NCBI GenBank assembly: GCA_016283195.1
Contig: JAEEML010000166.1
Coordinates: 1-33,255, forward strand
Source of the DNA: Deltaproteobacteria bacterium
GTDB taxonomy: Bacteria > JAEEML01
DNA length: 33,255 nt
Reading direction: 5' to 3'
Part shown: piece by piece, positions 17,117 through 27,137 of the stretch
Layout of the letters: each line of letters opens with the position of its first letter
Position numbering within the stretch: the stretch's first letter is position 1
Notes under the pieces: model-generated
Databases searched by the model: none
Seen by the model: only the letters and a program-made list of their open reading frames with translations
Told to the model about the DNA's origin: nothing
Translations under genes and position numbers: made by a program

Positions 17117-18357
17117 TGAAATTACTAATAATATTCGCGCTTTTTCTCTGCGCCTGCGGTGGTACCAAGCCGCCGGTGGTAGGGCCAACTAACCCCGGCC
17201 CGCATAATCCGCCAGCTGTGAATAATCCGAACTCTATAGAGCCGGTAGATGCGGCGAGTGACGGCGCTTCCGATGCGGCGAGTGAAGCCGTCAGCAAGTA
17301 TCCGCCGGGCCTTGAGCATCTGGAAACTATTGATTCCAGTACCGAGCAGATTGCTGCTATTCAGGAATTTTTGAACACTATCGGCTATGATTGGCACAGT
17401 TTTATTGATAAGCCGGGGCAACTGGCCGATAGAGCTTGCCGCTTTGCCGAAAATTTTGCCACCATCAGCGCGGCCTGCGCTCTCTTAAAGGAGCTGAATG
17501 CCGATGAAGAATGCCTGGATGTCGATGGCCAACTAAATGATATTTTAGAACTTTTTACCAAAAGAAGCAAAGTAGCCATTAAAAACAGGCACCTAAAAAT
17601 GATAAGCGGCCATAAGCCTTACGAAAACCTGGAAGTAACGGTTACCTGGCAGCAGGAAGACGGCTCTTCCCTGGCCTGGCAAGGGGCCAATGTGGTTTTT
17701 GATGCGCCGCAGGGGCTTTTGAATCAGGAAGAGTGGCAAAGCGATAGTAATGGGCATATTGTTAACGAATTTGAGCAGGTGGCCATGGGCGGCCAGGCTA
17801 TCCGCGTCTCGCTGGCTCCCTTTTCCTGCCAAATACTGGCCGATCGCTGGCTGCCGCCTTTTGCCAATATTACCTTGCACGAACTAAAGAGCGAAACCGC
17901 CCATATCGAAATCTTTTTTTATGAAGAAGTGCGCCAGGATCCGGCCATTCACCAGCTTTTTACCGAAACACTTTTGGGGGAATTATTCCGCCTGGGGTTA
18001 AAAGGCGCCCGCACGCTGCGCGAATATGACAGCCTGATGCTCAAGAGCTATCGCAACCCGGATGAAGCGCTGGCTTACTTGCAAGCCCGTGAAAAAAAAG
18101 GCGATATTCTTATCTTCGGCACGGTAAACAGCGATTTTATCTCCCGCGTCGGCGCCCGCAGCATGTGGCATGAGGCGGTAGCTAATTTTAAAATAATCGA
18201 CGAAGCGAATAATGCGGAAATTTATTCCGGCTCATTAAGCGGCCGAGCCACCGGCATCGGCGAACAAGATGCCGCCGATAACGCCATGAGCGCTCTCGCC
18301 AAAAGCATTGCCGAAGATCCCGTTATGGCGGCTATTAAGAATTACCTAATTAAGTAA
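17116..18357 (+). CDS. hypothetical lipoprotein
   Basis: MKLLIIFALFLCAC lipobox, Pro/Asn-rich tether; 413-aa ORF translationally coupled to the previous gene. Confidence 0.8.
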   Translation: MKLLIIFALFLCACGGTKPPVVGPTNPGPHNPPAVNNPNSIEPVDAASDGASDAASEAVSKYPPGLEHLETIDSSTEQIAAIQEFLNTIGYDWHSFIDKPGQLADRACRFAENFATISAACALLKELNADEECLDVDGQLNDILELFTKRSKVAIKNRHLKMISGHKPYENLEVTVTWQQEDGSSLAWQGANVVFDAPQGLLNQEEWQSDSNGHIVNEFEQVAMGGQAIRVSLAPFSCQILADRWLPPFANITLHELKSETAHIEIFFYEEVRQDPAIHQLFTETLLGELFRLGLKGARTLREYDSLMLKSYRNPDEALAYLQAREKKGDILIFGTVNSDFISRVGARSMWHEAVANFKIIDEANNAEIYSGSLSGRATGIGEQDAADNAMSALAKSIAEDPVMAAIKNYLIK

Positions 18358-18411
18358 AAAAGCGGCTATTTTCTAAAAGTTACCTTGCCGAAAAAATGAT
18401 TAAGTAAAAAC

Positions 18412-18428
18412 TTGGCACTATTTTTGCT
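18412..18428 (+). promoter_or_regulatory. sigma54 (-24/-12) promoter
   Basis: TTGGCAC-TATTT-TTGCT with exact GG-N10-GC spacing (GG 18414-15, GC 18426-27), intergenic, ~100 bp before the next ATG; extended -10 TGcTACAAT at 18466-18474 also present. Confidence 0.65.
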
Positions 18429-18523
18429 AAAATGTTTTTGAGTGCTAGCAGAAGTCAAACTTATGTGCTACAATTCTCCCCTGCTTGGCTTGTCAGGCAA
18501 ATAAGATAGCGGAGTGGAAAAAT

Positions 18524-18946
18524 ATGTGGACTAAAAAATTAACCTGTACCTTAGCTGCTCTCTTTATTTTGAGTCTAACGGCTTGTGGCGAGGCGGAGAT
18601 TATCGTGCCGGAAACCTTGCGTGTTGTCTCTACTCAGCCGGCCAGCGGAGCCCTGAATATTTTACCCGGAGAGCCAATCACCATCGTCTTTTCCGCCCCT
18701 ATAATTGCCGAGGAAACTCCCGGCGATTACTTTGCCGTAGCCCAAGCCGACAACAGTATCGGCACCAAAGTGAGCTATAGTCAGGACAACAAAGAAGTTA
18801 CCATAAGGCCCAGCGGTAGCGGCAAATTTGCTCTGGATACCATGTACGAAGTTTCTATAAAAAAAGGCATAAAAAGCAGCGATCCGGATATTAAACCCTT
18901 GCCGGCAAATGTGAAATTCCGTTTTCGCACCTCTTCTGTCGATTAA
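18524..18946 (+). CDS. Ig-like (Big_5-type) domain lipoprotein
   Basis: GGAG RBS, lipobox LTAC, VVSTQPASGA...ITIVFSAPI...YEVSI...FRFRT pattern. Confidence 0.8.
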   Translation: MWTKKLTCTLAALFILSLTACGEAEIIVPETLRVVSTQPASGALNILPGEPITIVFSAPIIAEETPGDYFAVAQADNSIGTKVSYSQDNKEVTIRPSGSGKFALDTMYEVSIKKGIKSSDPDIKPLPANVKFRFRTSSVD

Positions 18947-18985
18947 AAAAACTTTAGCCTAAGCTTCTTAAAACCGGGGTATTAA

Positions 18986-19789
18986 ATGAAAAAATTATTC
19001 ATCAGCGTCTTATTGTTTACTTTAGCCCTGCCGATAAGCGCTAAGGCCGGCTGGCGCGTGGTGCAGCAAGATACCAGCGGCGGCCAAAGCAGCGATTCCA
19101 TCCTTTACATGGAAGGCAAAAAGATGCGGGCCGAAATAGCCGCCCAGAATCAAGTACTTCTAATTGATGCCGGAGCGGATCGCCTGGTAATAATCGATAA
19201 CAAAGCCAAAGAGTATGGCGAGATTCGCCTTAGCGAATTCATCGGCCAAATAAAGAGCGCTTTGGAGGCCGTCAAAGCCATAAAGGCCCAGCTTCCGCCG
19301 GAGCTCGCCAAAGAAATCCCCGATATGTCAATGGATTTTAAAATCAGCTTCGAGCCAACCGGCAAAAAAGAGACTATTAGCGGCTTTGCTGCCAGTGAAT
19401 TTACAGCCAAAGACACCAAGGGCAAGGAAGTGGGTGTGGTCTGGCTTTCCAAAGAGGGAAAAATGGGCAAGCTGCACGCCGATTTAATGGCCTTTTCCAA
19501 ACAACTGGGCCAGGAACTGGCTATTTTGGCGCCCGTGCTCAATATGGCTCAGGAACACGGCTTTCCGGTAAAGATGCACCTTTTGCAACAAAACGATACT
19601 TATAATGACAGCATCGTTAAAACCATAGAGGAAAAGCCGTTAAAAGCCGCAATATTTGCTGTTCCGCCGGCTTATAAGCAAAAAAATATCGAGGAATTTA
19701 TTGCCCCTGTAGCTCCAAACTTGGGCGCCTCCCCCAAAGCTGCTCCGGAGGCCGGAGCACCAAAAGCAGGATCTCCGGCGAAGAAATAG
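18986..19789 (+). CDS. secreted DUF4412-like protein
   Basis: Signal peptide ending AKA; TGKKETISGF, VWLS, GFPVK, IFAVPPAYK motifs; Ala/Pro tail. Confidence 0.7.
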   Translation: MKKLFISVLLFTLALPISAKAGWRVVQQDTSGGQSSDSILYMEGKKMRAEIAAQNQVLLIDAGADRLVIIDNKAKEYGEIRLSEFIGQIKSALEAVKAIKAQLPPELAKEIPDMSMDFKISFEPTGKKETISGFAASEFTAKDTKGKEVGVVWLSKEGKMGKLHADLMAFSKQLGQELAILAPVLNMAQEHGFPVKMHLLQQNDTYNDSIVKTIEEKPLKAAIFAVPPAYKQKNIEEFIAPVAPNLGASPKAAPEAGAPKAGSPAKK

Positions 19790-21481
19790 ATGTTAAAATA
19801 TTTACATATAAAAAATGTGGCCGTTTTAAGCTCTTTAGAGCTCGAATTTGAGCCCGGTTTTACCGTGATTACCGGCGAAACCGGCACCGGTAAAAGTGTG
19901 CTTCTGCGCAGTATCGGCCTTTTGCTTGCCGACCGCGCCAACATGGATATGGTGCGCAGCGGAGCCGATAAAGCCGTCATAGAAGGCGAATTTGATATAA
20001 GTTCTCTTCCGGCAATAAGAGCTATATTGGAAGAAAAGGGCCTTAGCGGCGATGATCAAAATCTGCTTTTGGTGCGCCGCCAGATAAGCTCTCACCCACG
20101 GATATGGATTAATAATATGGTAGCCTCCCTCGCCGATTTGGCAGAAATAACGGCTGGGCTGATGGAGGTTTCCGGGCAACACGAGCATCAGCTACTCACT
20201 AAAAAAGAAAATCATATTGAGCTTTTAGACCGCTATGCCGATTTAACAAACGCAGCTACGCTTTATGCCGAAGAATTTGCTAAATTAAAAGCGCTTTTTA
20301 AGCAAAAGCAGCAATTTACCGCGGCGCTTGAAAAACGGGCCCAGCTTTTGGAAGATATTAATTATTCCATTGATGAAATAGAGGCCGCCGGGCTTAAAGC
20401 AGGTGAAGACGAAAAGCTGGAAGAAGAGCGCAATAAACTTAATAATATTGTGCGCCTTGCTGCTCTTCTCGGCAGTGCCGAAAGTGCCGTTTATTCCGGA
20501 GAAGTGGCCGCTATCGATCGCCTTTCCATTGCTTCTACGGCTCTAAGGCAGGCCGGCGCCCTGGATCAAACCTTAATTCCGCTGGCCGAAACTTTAAACG
20601 GACTCGAAGCTCAGCTTAGCGATGTGGCTCATGACCTGGCTCATTATTTAGCTCATTTGGAGGAAAACCCCGAGCGCCTCGAAGAGCTCGAAGAACGCTT
20701 GGAACTTATCCGCCGCTTAAAGCGCAAATATGGGGCCACCATCCAGGATATTTTGAAAAAACTGGATAATTTGCAGCAAGAACGGGAAAATCTGGAAAAC
20801 AGCGGTACCTCCCTCCTGCACCTTGATGAAGCTATAAGCGCGCAGGGCGAAAAAACACTGGCTTTAGCTAAAAAATTAAGCCAGGCACGCCAGAAAGCCG
20901 CCAAGGAATTAACCAAAGCATTATTAAAAGAACTGGCCGATTTGGGGCTCTCCAAAGCGCGCCTGGAACTGCTTTTTACCCCCTATAGGCTCAGCGATTT
21001 ACCAAAAGAATACGCCATGTTAGGTCCAAAAGGGTTGGAGCAGGCGGAGTTTTTGTTCTCGGCCAACCCCGGGCAGGAATTAAAAGAGCTGGCCAAAATA
21101 GCTTCCGGCGGCGAGCTCTCCAGAGTAATGCTGGCTTTTAAAGTGGTTTTAGCCGATAAAGACGCCGCCGCCGCTTATCTCTTCGATGAAGTGGACACAG
21201 GAGTCGGCGGAGCTTTGGGCGAGGCCATCGGGCGCAAAATTGCCGCTATCTCGGCCCATAAACAGGCGATAACCATCACCCATTTGCCGCAACTGGCCGC
21301 CGCCGCCGGTCAGCACCTATTTTTAATCAAGAAAATAGAGGGCGATACCACCAATACTTATGCTAAAAAGCTCACTTACGAAGAGCGGGTGGGAGAAATA
21401 GCCCGCATGCTGGATGGCGAAAAAGTTACCGAAACCGGGCGCGAGCACGCCAGAACGCTTTTGGCCGCCTGTCGGTCTTAA
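19790..21481 (+). CDS. recN: DNA repair protein RecN
   Basis: ITGETGTGKS Walker A, GQHEHQ, long coiled coil, ASGGELSRVML, FDEVDTGVGG, ITHLPQLAA, EIARML; 563 aa. Confidence 0.97.
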   Translation: MLKYLHIKNVAVLSSLELEFEPGFTVITGETGTGKSVLLRSIGLLLADRANMDMVRSGADKAVIEGEFDISSLPAIRAILEEKGLSGDDQNLLLVRRQISSHPRIWINNMVASLADLAEITAGLMEVSGQHEHQLLTKKENHIELLDRYADLTNAATLYAEEFAKLKALFKQKQQFTAALEKRAQLLEDINYSIDEIEAAGLKAGEDEKLEEERNKLNNIVRLAALLGSAESAVYSGEVAAIDRLSIASTALRQAGALDQTLIPLAETLNGLEAQLSDVAHDLAHYLAHLEENPERLEELEERLELIRRLKRKYGATIQDILKKLDNLQQERENLENSGTSLLHLDEAISAQGEKTLALAKKLSQARQKAAKELTKALLKELADLGLSKARLELLFTPYRLSDLPKEYAMLGPKGLEQAEFLFSANPGQELKELAKIASGGELSRVMLAFKVVLADKDAAAAYLFDEVDTGVGGALGEAIGRKIAAISAHKQAITITHLPQLAAAAGQHLFLIKKIEGDTTNTYAKKLTYEERVGEIARMLDGEKVTETGREHARTLLAACRS

Positions 21482-21626
21482 AGATCTTAAACCGGCACCT
21501 AAAAAAACACACCAAAATGAGTATCCACCTCACCGAAAAGCACCATTCAGGCTGACAATTACTTGTCTTTCATTTTATTTGGCTTATTATGCTTTTTGGG
21601 TCTTTGGGCTTTGAACGAGGTATAGT

Positions 21627-24206
21627 ATGTTTGCAAAGCGTACACCAGGCGCTCATTATTCCTTATTTTTATTTATATTTTCTCTAATTTCACTCTTCTT
21701 CTATCCCAAACTCCTACCGGCCCAAATCATGGGCATTGATTTTACGCCGCCGGAAAGCATCAGCCCGGCCGAGGATTTTATCGTTGGCGGTATTGTCTCC
21801 GGAGCCAAGGATATTGAATCGGTTTACCTTTTTTATCGCTTTGGCGAGGCTAGTGATTACCACCGCAAAGAGATGGAAATAGCCAGCACCGACTATTACC
21901 GGGCCATTATTCCTGAGGCCGAGCTCTCTACTGCAAACAGTGTGGAATATTACATAATGGCGGTGGATTTTTTGGAAAATAAGCAATATTTACTGGGCTT
22001 TCCCAAAAGGCCACTTATTACTGCCATCCGCGCTCCCGAGGCCAAGCCGGCCGATGCCGCAACGGAATCCGCCGCCGATGCCCAAAGCGAAAGCCTTCTG
22101 CCACCGGCAGCCGCTACCATAGACAGTGCCAGCGAAGATGCTGCCCGTGCTCTGTGCCGCGAAGAATACAATGAAAAGCTTAGGGACCACCCGGCAGATT
22201 TAACTGATGATCCTAATGTAATTGTTATAGAAAAGCATGAGATACGGGAGCTTGGCTTTCGCACTCTGGCCGATATTTTAGCTTTTATCCCCGGCCTTTA
22301 TGTGGCCATGGATGAACAAGGGCGCTACCAGGTATATAGCCAGGGTCTGGACGACCGCTCCGCTGTCGCTCTTTATATTAACGGCCAGCTGATAAACACC
22401 CTCTATGACGGTCTCACGCCCTGGAGTTTGCCGGCACAGGCTATTGAAGAAATCACTGTCTATATAGGCCCGGCGGCCCAAAGCGAGGCCCACGGAGCCC
22501 TGGGAGGAGCCATTTATTTGGAACTGGCTTCCGGCGAGCATGGGGTAAATATCAGCGCCAAAGCCGGCACTTCACTCTCCCGCATCGATGATATGACTCT
22601 GACCGGCGACCTACCCCACAGCGGCATTTATCGCCTGGACGGCACCGGCGGCTTTACCATAAAAAATTTTAACCTCACCTTTTTAGGCTCTCTCGCCTAT
22701 GGTAGCGGCATAAACCGCCTCATTATCAGCGATTATTTGACTCCTTCCGGCTATAGCTATGCCCCGGCTTCCACCCGTGACCTGCCCTTCTCTACCATGT
22801 GGGGGCTAACCGGCGCCTATAATGCCGGCACAAGGGGCATCATCTCTTTCGGCACGCAGATTTATTACTTAAAACACGGCCCCTATATTGGCAAGCTTGA
22901 TACCGTGAGCGGCGATGATTCCAACCAGATGGAGCGCCTTTTTACCGTTTATTTTGAGCATGCCATGACTATTCACCCTAAAGTTGATTACACTTTGCAC
23001 TTATCGTTAAAGCAGCAAGCCCACGGCCAGCGCTTCTCCCTGGCGCCGGCAGGCTACAGCACCAGCGATAAAAATAACGATATGGCGCCAGAGGAATTTC
23101 CCAGCGGGCTCATTGAAAATATCTCCCTCTCCGAGCTGGATTTAGGGGCCGGCGTAGCCTTTGATATTAGAATTATACCAAAGAATAAATTGCACATAGC
23201 TTTTGACCTCGGTTTTGCCAAACAACTGGGGCTCTCCGTAGCCAGGAATGCCACTCCGGAGGGAGCAGCTCTTAATGCCATTCAGGATCTTAAAGAATCC
23301 GATTTTCCCGAGAGCACCTTCGGGCGCTTCCGCATTAATTTAAATATTATAGATTATTGGCAATTTAATAATGCGCTCTCTCTGGATTTCGGCGCCCGGC
23401 TGGAATACTTTAACGAAAGCGCCATGAGCGGGCCCATCTTTGGCGGGCGAATGCTCCACCCCTACCTACGCTTTAAATGGCGGCTCAAAAACCATTTGCA
23501 ATTGGCTTTAAGTTACCGCCAGGGCTCCAGAGCCCCCACCTGGCAGGAGCGCTACAGCTTAACCGGCGTCATTGCCGGCTTTAAAGGCTCTACGGAACTC
23601 GCCCCGCCTGTAGCTCGCCAGATTGGCCTCGATGCCACCCATCACGGCCTTTTGGGCAGCGGCTATTATCGCCTAGTGGCTACCTTGGCCTGGCAGTGGC
23701 AGCAAGATGGCATTTACCGCCTCTATAGAGACTCTTTACCCAGTGAATTTACTCAGCTTTCCAGCCATGGTCCCTTGCTGAAACTGCTCCTGCGCCTTGA
23801 TTTTACCAAATATGATTATGTTGAACTCTCCGCCTACTGGTGGCGCCGGCAAATCATAGGCAGCGGTCTTTTGGACACCACTTTGCCGCAGCTAACAGGC
23901 CAGATTAAAGGCCATTTTCTCCTGGGCAAAGCGGTGGAAGTTTCCCTAAAGGGGCTCTATGTCAGCGAGCGCCGCAACGCCGGGCGGAGTGAGCGGGAAA
24001 TTCTCTCTCCCTGGAGCATCGGCTCCTATTTCCGCCTCGATGCCGCCATAAGAACCGTGCCGCTATGGAAGCATCTGCGCTTTGGTATTTATAGTTACAA
24101 CACCTTTGATGTGGATATGCGCGACCCGGCGCCCCGTTCCGGCTGGTTACCCACTAATATTCCGCGCGAAGGGCTCTCTATTCTCTTTGGCCTGGAGGTG
24201 GAATGA
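21627..24206 (+). CDS. TonB-dependent receptor-like outer membrane protein with extra N-terminal domain
   Basis: Signal peptide; plug motifs LGFRTLADILAFIPGL, ALYING, IEEITVYIGP...HGALGGAI; barrel features GARLEY, YRQGSRAPTWQERY, YNTFD; 859 aa. Confidence 0.85.
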   Translation: MFAKRTPGAHYSLFLFIFSLISLFFYPKLLPAQIMGIDFTPPESISPAEDFIVGGIVSGAKDIESVYLFYRFGEASDYHRKEMEIASTDYYRAIIPEAELSTANSVEYYIMAVDFLENKQYLLGFPKRPLITAIRAPEAKPADAATESAADAQSESLLPPAAATIDSASEDAARALCREEYNEKLRDHPADLTDDPNVIVIEKHEIRELGFRTLADILAFIPGLYVAMDEQGRYQVYSQGLDDRSAVALYINGQLINTLYDGLTPWSLPAQAIEEITVYIGPAAQSEAHGALGGAIYLELASGEHGVNISAKAGTSLSRIDDMTLTGDLPHSGIYRLDGTGGFTIKNFNLTFLGSLAYGSGINRLIISDYLTPSGYSYAPASTRDLPFSTMWGLTGAYNAGTRGIISFGTQIYYLKHGPYIGKLDTVSGDDSNQMERLFTVYFEHAMTIHPKVDYTLHLSLKQQAHGQRFSLAPAGYSTSDKNNDMAPEEFPSGLIENISLSELDLGAGVAFDIRIIPKNKLHIAFDLGFAKQLGLSVARNATPEGAALNAIQDLKESDFPESTFGRFRINLNIIDYWQFNNALSLDFGARLEYFNESAMSGPIFGGRMLHPYLRFKWRLKNHLQLALSYRQGSRAPTWQERYSLTGVIAGFKGSTELAPPVARQIGLDATHHGLLGSGYYRLVATLAWQWQQDGIYRLYRDSLPSEFTQLSSHGPLLKLLLRLDFTKYDYVELSAYWWRRQIIGSGLLDTTLPQLTGQIKGHFLLGKAVEVSLKGLYVSERRNAGRSEREILSPWSIGSYFRLDAAIRTVPLWKHLRFGIYSYNTFDVDMRDPAPRSGWLPTNIPREGLSILFGLEVE

Positions 24207-25027
24207 TGAAAAAACTCTTTTTAATACCGCTATTTTGCGTTTATTTAATTGCCGGCTGTGTTAATTATAATAATACTTGTAAGCAAGGCGACAGCACCGT
24301 TATCGGTCATAGCGAAGTACTTTTTGACCTAAGGCCTGAGCTACTTAGAAGCCGTGAAGCACCCATCGGCAATTTGGTGGCCGACAGCCTCTTTTACGCC
24401 GCCAATAATCAGGCGGGAGCCGAAGCCGATTTTGCCATTGTCCCGGCCTCGGTCTTTAAAACCAATGCCGTCTGCGGCACGCGCGATTTTATTGAGCGCG
24501 GCGATATTACCAAAGGCGATTTAGCGGCTCTCTTCGGCAGTGAGAGCATTCCTTTGGTAACTATCGAAACAACAGCCGGCGAGCTCAAAAAGATTTTGGA
24601 GAGCTCCGTTTCGGCCCTCGGCGATCCGCTGGCCGAGCCGGAAGCTATTAATTTTTTACAAGTTTCCTCCCAGTTATCTTTTACTGTTGATTGTAAGCAG
24701 CAAGCCCATTTAGTCGCCGCCGACGGCTCGGAATATGCCGGCATGAGAATAGATAACTCTTTGGTGCTTATTGGTCAAAAAGGCCATGAAATTACACTTG
24801 AAAATTGGAATACATCTACACCGATCTATATTGTTACCACCAAAGCGCTGGCCAATAGCTCCGAGGGCGCTTACTCCCTAGCCACCGCCGCTACCATTGT
24901 GGCCAACTTAGAAGATGATTTAGCCACTGTAGCCGAGAATTATATTACCGACATCTCCCCCATTACCGAAGAAAAGCTGGCAGGGGGCCGCATCCGCCTT
25001 TTGGATAATTGTTACAATATAAAATAG
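24203..25027 (+). CDS. lipoprotein with 5'-nucleotidase C-terminal domain only
   Basis: Lipobox IAGC; RSREAPIGNLVADSL, ADFAI, GDITKGDL, GELKKILESSV, FLQVS, terminal GRI; no metallophosphatase motifs; ATGA overlap with the receptor gene. Confidence 0.8.
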   Translation: MMKKLFLIPLFCVYLIAGCVNYNNTCKQGDSTVIGHSEVLFDLRPELLRSREAPIGNLVADSLFYAANNQAGAEADFAIVPASVFKTNAVCGTRDFIERGDITKGDLAALFGSESIPLVTIETTAGELKKILESSVSALGDPLAEPEAINFLQVSSQLSFTVDCKQQAHLVAADGSEYAGMRIDNSLVLIGQKGHEITLENWNTSTPIYIVTTKALANSSEGAYSLATAATIVANLEDDLATVAENYITDISPITEEKLAGGRIRLLDNCYNIK

Positions 25028-25082
25028 CTTTAATATTCTCAGAAGAATAAACGGCAGCTAGTGAGTAAGAGATATTCACCTT

Positions 25083-26312
25083 TCAAAACAATTGCCCGGT
25101 TTTTATAAAATCAAGCAAATTAGCATGGATAATGCCATTCCGATGTTGCAGCAAATAATCTGTCGTCAGCACATATTTAGGATAATTGTCATTAATCATT
25201 TCCAATGAGCGATATTCACGGTCTTCGGTATCTCGGCTTTGCATGATTGTATAGGCCACCTGAATATAGGCATAATTCATGGATTTGCCACGCACAATAA
25301 AGTCGCATTCCAGTTTACCGATGCGGCCGATGCTGATTTGGTAATCATGCGATCTGGCATAAATGTAAAGCATATTTTCCAGAACAGGCCCATAATTGAT
25401 GCGGTTATCAGTATTATCGGCATAAAAAAAGCTCAAATCAGCAAGGTAATACTTTTTTTCATTTTTTAAGGCCTTTTTTGATTTAATATCAAAGCGCGAA
25501 CATTCATATAAAATTTTTGCATTAACGAGAATCCGAAGATAACGGGCAAGGGTTTCACGGGTGATGGCGATTCCCTGTGCTCTTAGGGCATTGTATATAT
25601 TAGAAATATTTGTCGTTGCTCCAAAATTTGCTATCAAATATTTTCTAACGGCATCAAAAGTTTCCCGGTCGCGGATCTTCATCCTATGGCAGATATCTTT
25701 TTCAAAAATTTCCTGAATAATACTCCCAACATAACGTTGTTTTTCTGTAAGATCGCTATATTGCAATGCTTTTGGAAATCCACCGGACAAGATATATTGA
25801 TTGAGTTCGGCAAGTGGATTTACCTCTATAGCAAGCCCATAGAAGAGCTTCATCTTTTCGTATTCTTCAAAACTGAGCGGAAACATTTCAAATTCGATAT
25901 AGCGGCCCGTGAGTTTTGTAACAAGGGCGCCACTAAGGAGATAGGAGTTTGAGCCGGTGATAAAAATCGACCAACCACCATCAGTTCTAAAACCATTGAT
26001 GACTGGTTCAAAATCGCGCACGTTCTGGATTTCATCAATAAACAGATATTTGCGCCCGGCCCCAGCATCATGCGCTTCAATAAGCTTTTCAAGCGCATCG
26101 GCATTAGTTATCCGGCGGTATTGGCGGGCATCCAAATCGAGATAGACAATCTGATCTGGCTTAACCCCACTAGCTACCAGTTCCTGGGCAATTGTCTGCA
26201 TCAGACTTGATTTACCACAGCGCCGCACACCGGTAATAACTTTAATGATCTCCTCATCATGATAAAATCCGCGTATCTTTTTAAGATATAGTTCCCTAGG
26301 AAAAAGTTCCAT
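25083..26312 (-). CDS. AAA_14 + DUF4143 ATP-binding protein
   Basis: ITGVRRCGKS, FIDEIQ, ITGSNSYLL, LTGRY, GGFP, KYYLAD, LEN, ECDF, YIQV. Confidence 0.92.
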   Translation of the reverse strand: MELFPRELYLKKIRGFYHDEEIIKVITGVRRCGKSSLMQTIAQELVASGVKPDQIVYLDLDARQYRRITNADALEKLIEAHDAGAGRKYLFIDEIQNVRDFEPVINGFRTDGGWSIFITGSNSYLLSGALVTKLTGRYIEFEMFPLSFEEYEKMKLFYGLAIEVNPLAELNQYILSGGFPKALQYSDLTEKQRYVGSIIQEIFEKDICHRMKIRDRETFDAVRKYLIANFGATTNISNIYNALRAQGIAITRETLARYLRILVNAKILYECSRFDIKSKKALKNEKKYYLADLSFFYADNTDNRINYGPVLENMLYIYARSHDYQISIGRIGKLECDFIVRGKSMNYAYIQVAYTIMQSRDTEDREYRSLEMINDNYPKYVLTTDYLLQHRNGIIHANLLDFIKTGQLF

Positions 26313-26361
26313 GCCATACTCCTGACGCTGGCATCATAACAGATGCTCCGGAATAGTATGC

Positions 26362-26408
26362 GTTAAGCCGTCACTTTTAGCAATTTTTTTCAAAACTGAC
26401 GGCTTAAC
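26362..26408. promoter_or_regulatory. inverted-repeat operator overlapping the AAA-DUF4143 promoter
   Basis: GTTAAGCCGTCA / TGACGGCTTAAC with 23-bp spacer; on the minus strand TTGCTA-17-CATACT has one arm between -35 and -10. Confidence 0.7.
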
Positions 26409-26527
26409 TCGCCTTTTTGGGGGGCTTTAGCCGGCGGCCTCTTGAGACTGCGCCTCCATGGCTTAAGCCTCACAGGACAGCTATTACTTACGCTGATAGC
26501 CCATTATCCTGCCTTGGGAGGTTCTAT

Positions 26528-27127
26528 ATGAACAAGCAATACGGATATATCCGAGTCAGCACCAGGGAGCAAAATGAAGACCGCCAGCTCAGCGCACTTC
26601 TTAGCCTAGGCCTTGCGCCTAAGCAGCTTTTTATAGAAAAACAGTCCGGCAAGGATTTTGAGAGGCCGCAATATAAAAAGCTAATTAAAAAGCTTAGTTA
26701 TGGTGATACATTATATATCAAGAGCATCGATCGCCTAGGTAGAAATTATGCCGAAATTCTGGAGCAATGGCGGCTTTTAACCAAAGGCAAAGGTGTGGAA
26801 ATCTGCGTACTAGATATGCCCCTGCTGGATACGCGCCGCGACAAAGATCTCACTGGCACGCTCATTGCCGATATTGTCCTAGAGCTTCTTTCATACGTCG
26901 CCGAAACCGAACGCAATATGATTCGCCAGCGCCAGGCAGAAGGCATTGCCGCCGCCAAAGCGCGCGGTAAAACCTGGGGACGCCCCAAGCGAAAGCTTCA
27001 GCCAAGCTTTTTTGCGGCCTTAAAAGCTTGGAAAAGCGGAGAGATAACCTGTGCTATGGCGGCAAGTAGCTGTGGCATGACTCTGGCGAATTTTAGGTAT
27101 CACGCGGGGCGACAAGCAGGAAATTAG
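26528..27127 (+). CDS. small serine recombinase (resolvase/invertase family)
   Basis: GGGAGG RBS + MNKQYGYIRVSTREQNEDRQ, SGKDFERP, SIDRLGRNY, ERNMIRQRQAEGIAAAKARG..GRP, C-terminal HTH. Confidence 0.95.
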   Translation: MNKQYGYIRVSTREQNEDRQLSALLSLGLAPKQLFIEKQSGKDFERPQYKKLIKKLSYGDTLYIKSIDRLGRNYAEILEQWRLLTKGKGVEICVLDMPLLDTRRDKDLTGTLIADIVLELLSYVAETERNMIRQRQAEGIAAAKARGKTWGRPKRKLQPSFFAALKAWKSGEITCAMAASSCGMTLANFRYHAGRQAGN

Positions 27128-27137
27128 CCAAGATTAT

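Noticed and set aside
18349-18410. 12-bp direct repeat ATTAAGTAAAAA 50 bp apart
   Set aside because: Short, AT-rich and overlapping a stop codon; it could be an activator site for the sigma54 promoter but is indistinguishable from chance.
2364-26527. Track start extensions (2429, 6716, 10225, 15866, 18485, 26417)
   Set aside because: Downstream starts have better RBSs and coincide with domain or signal-peptide beginnings.
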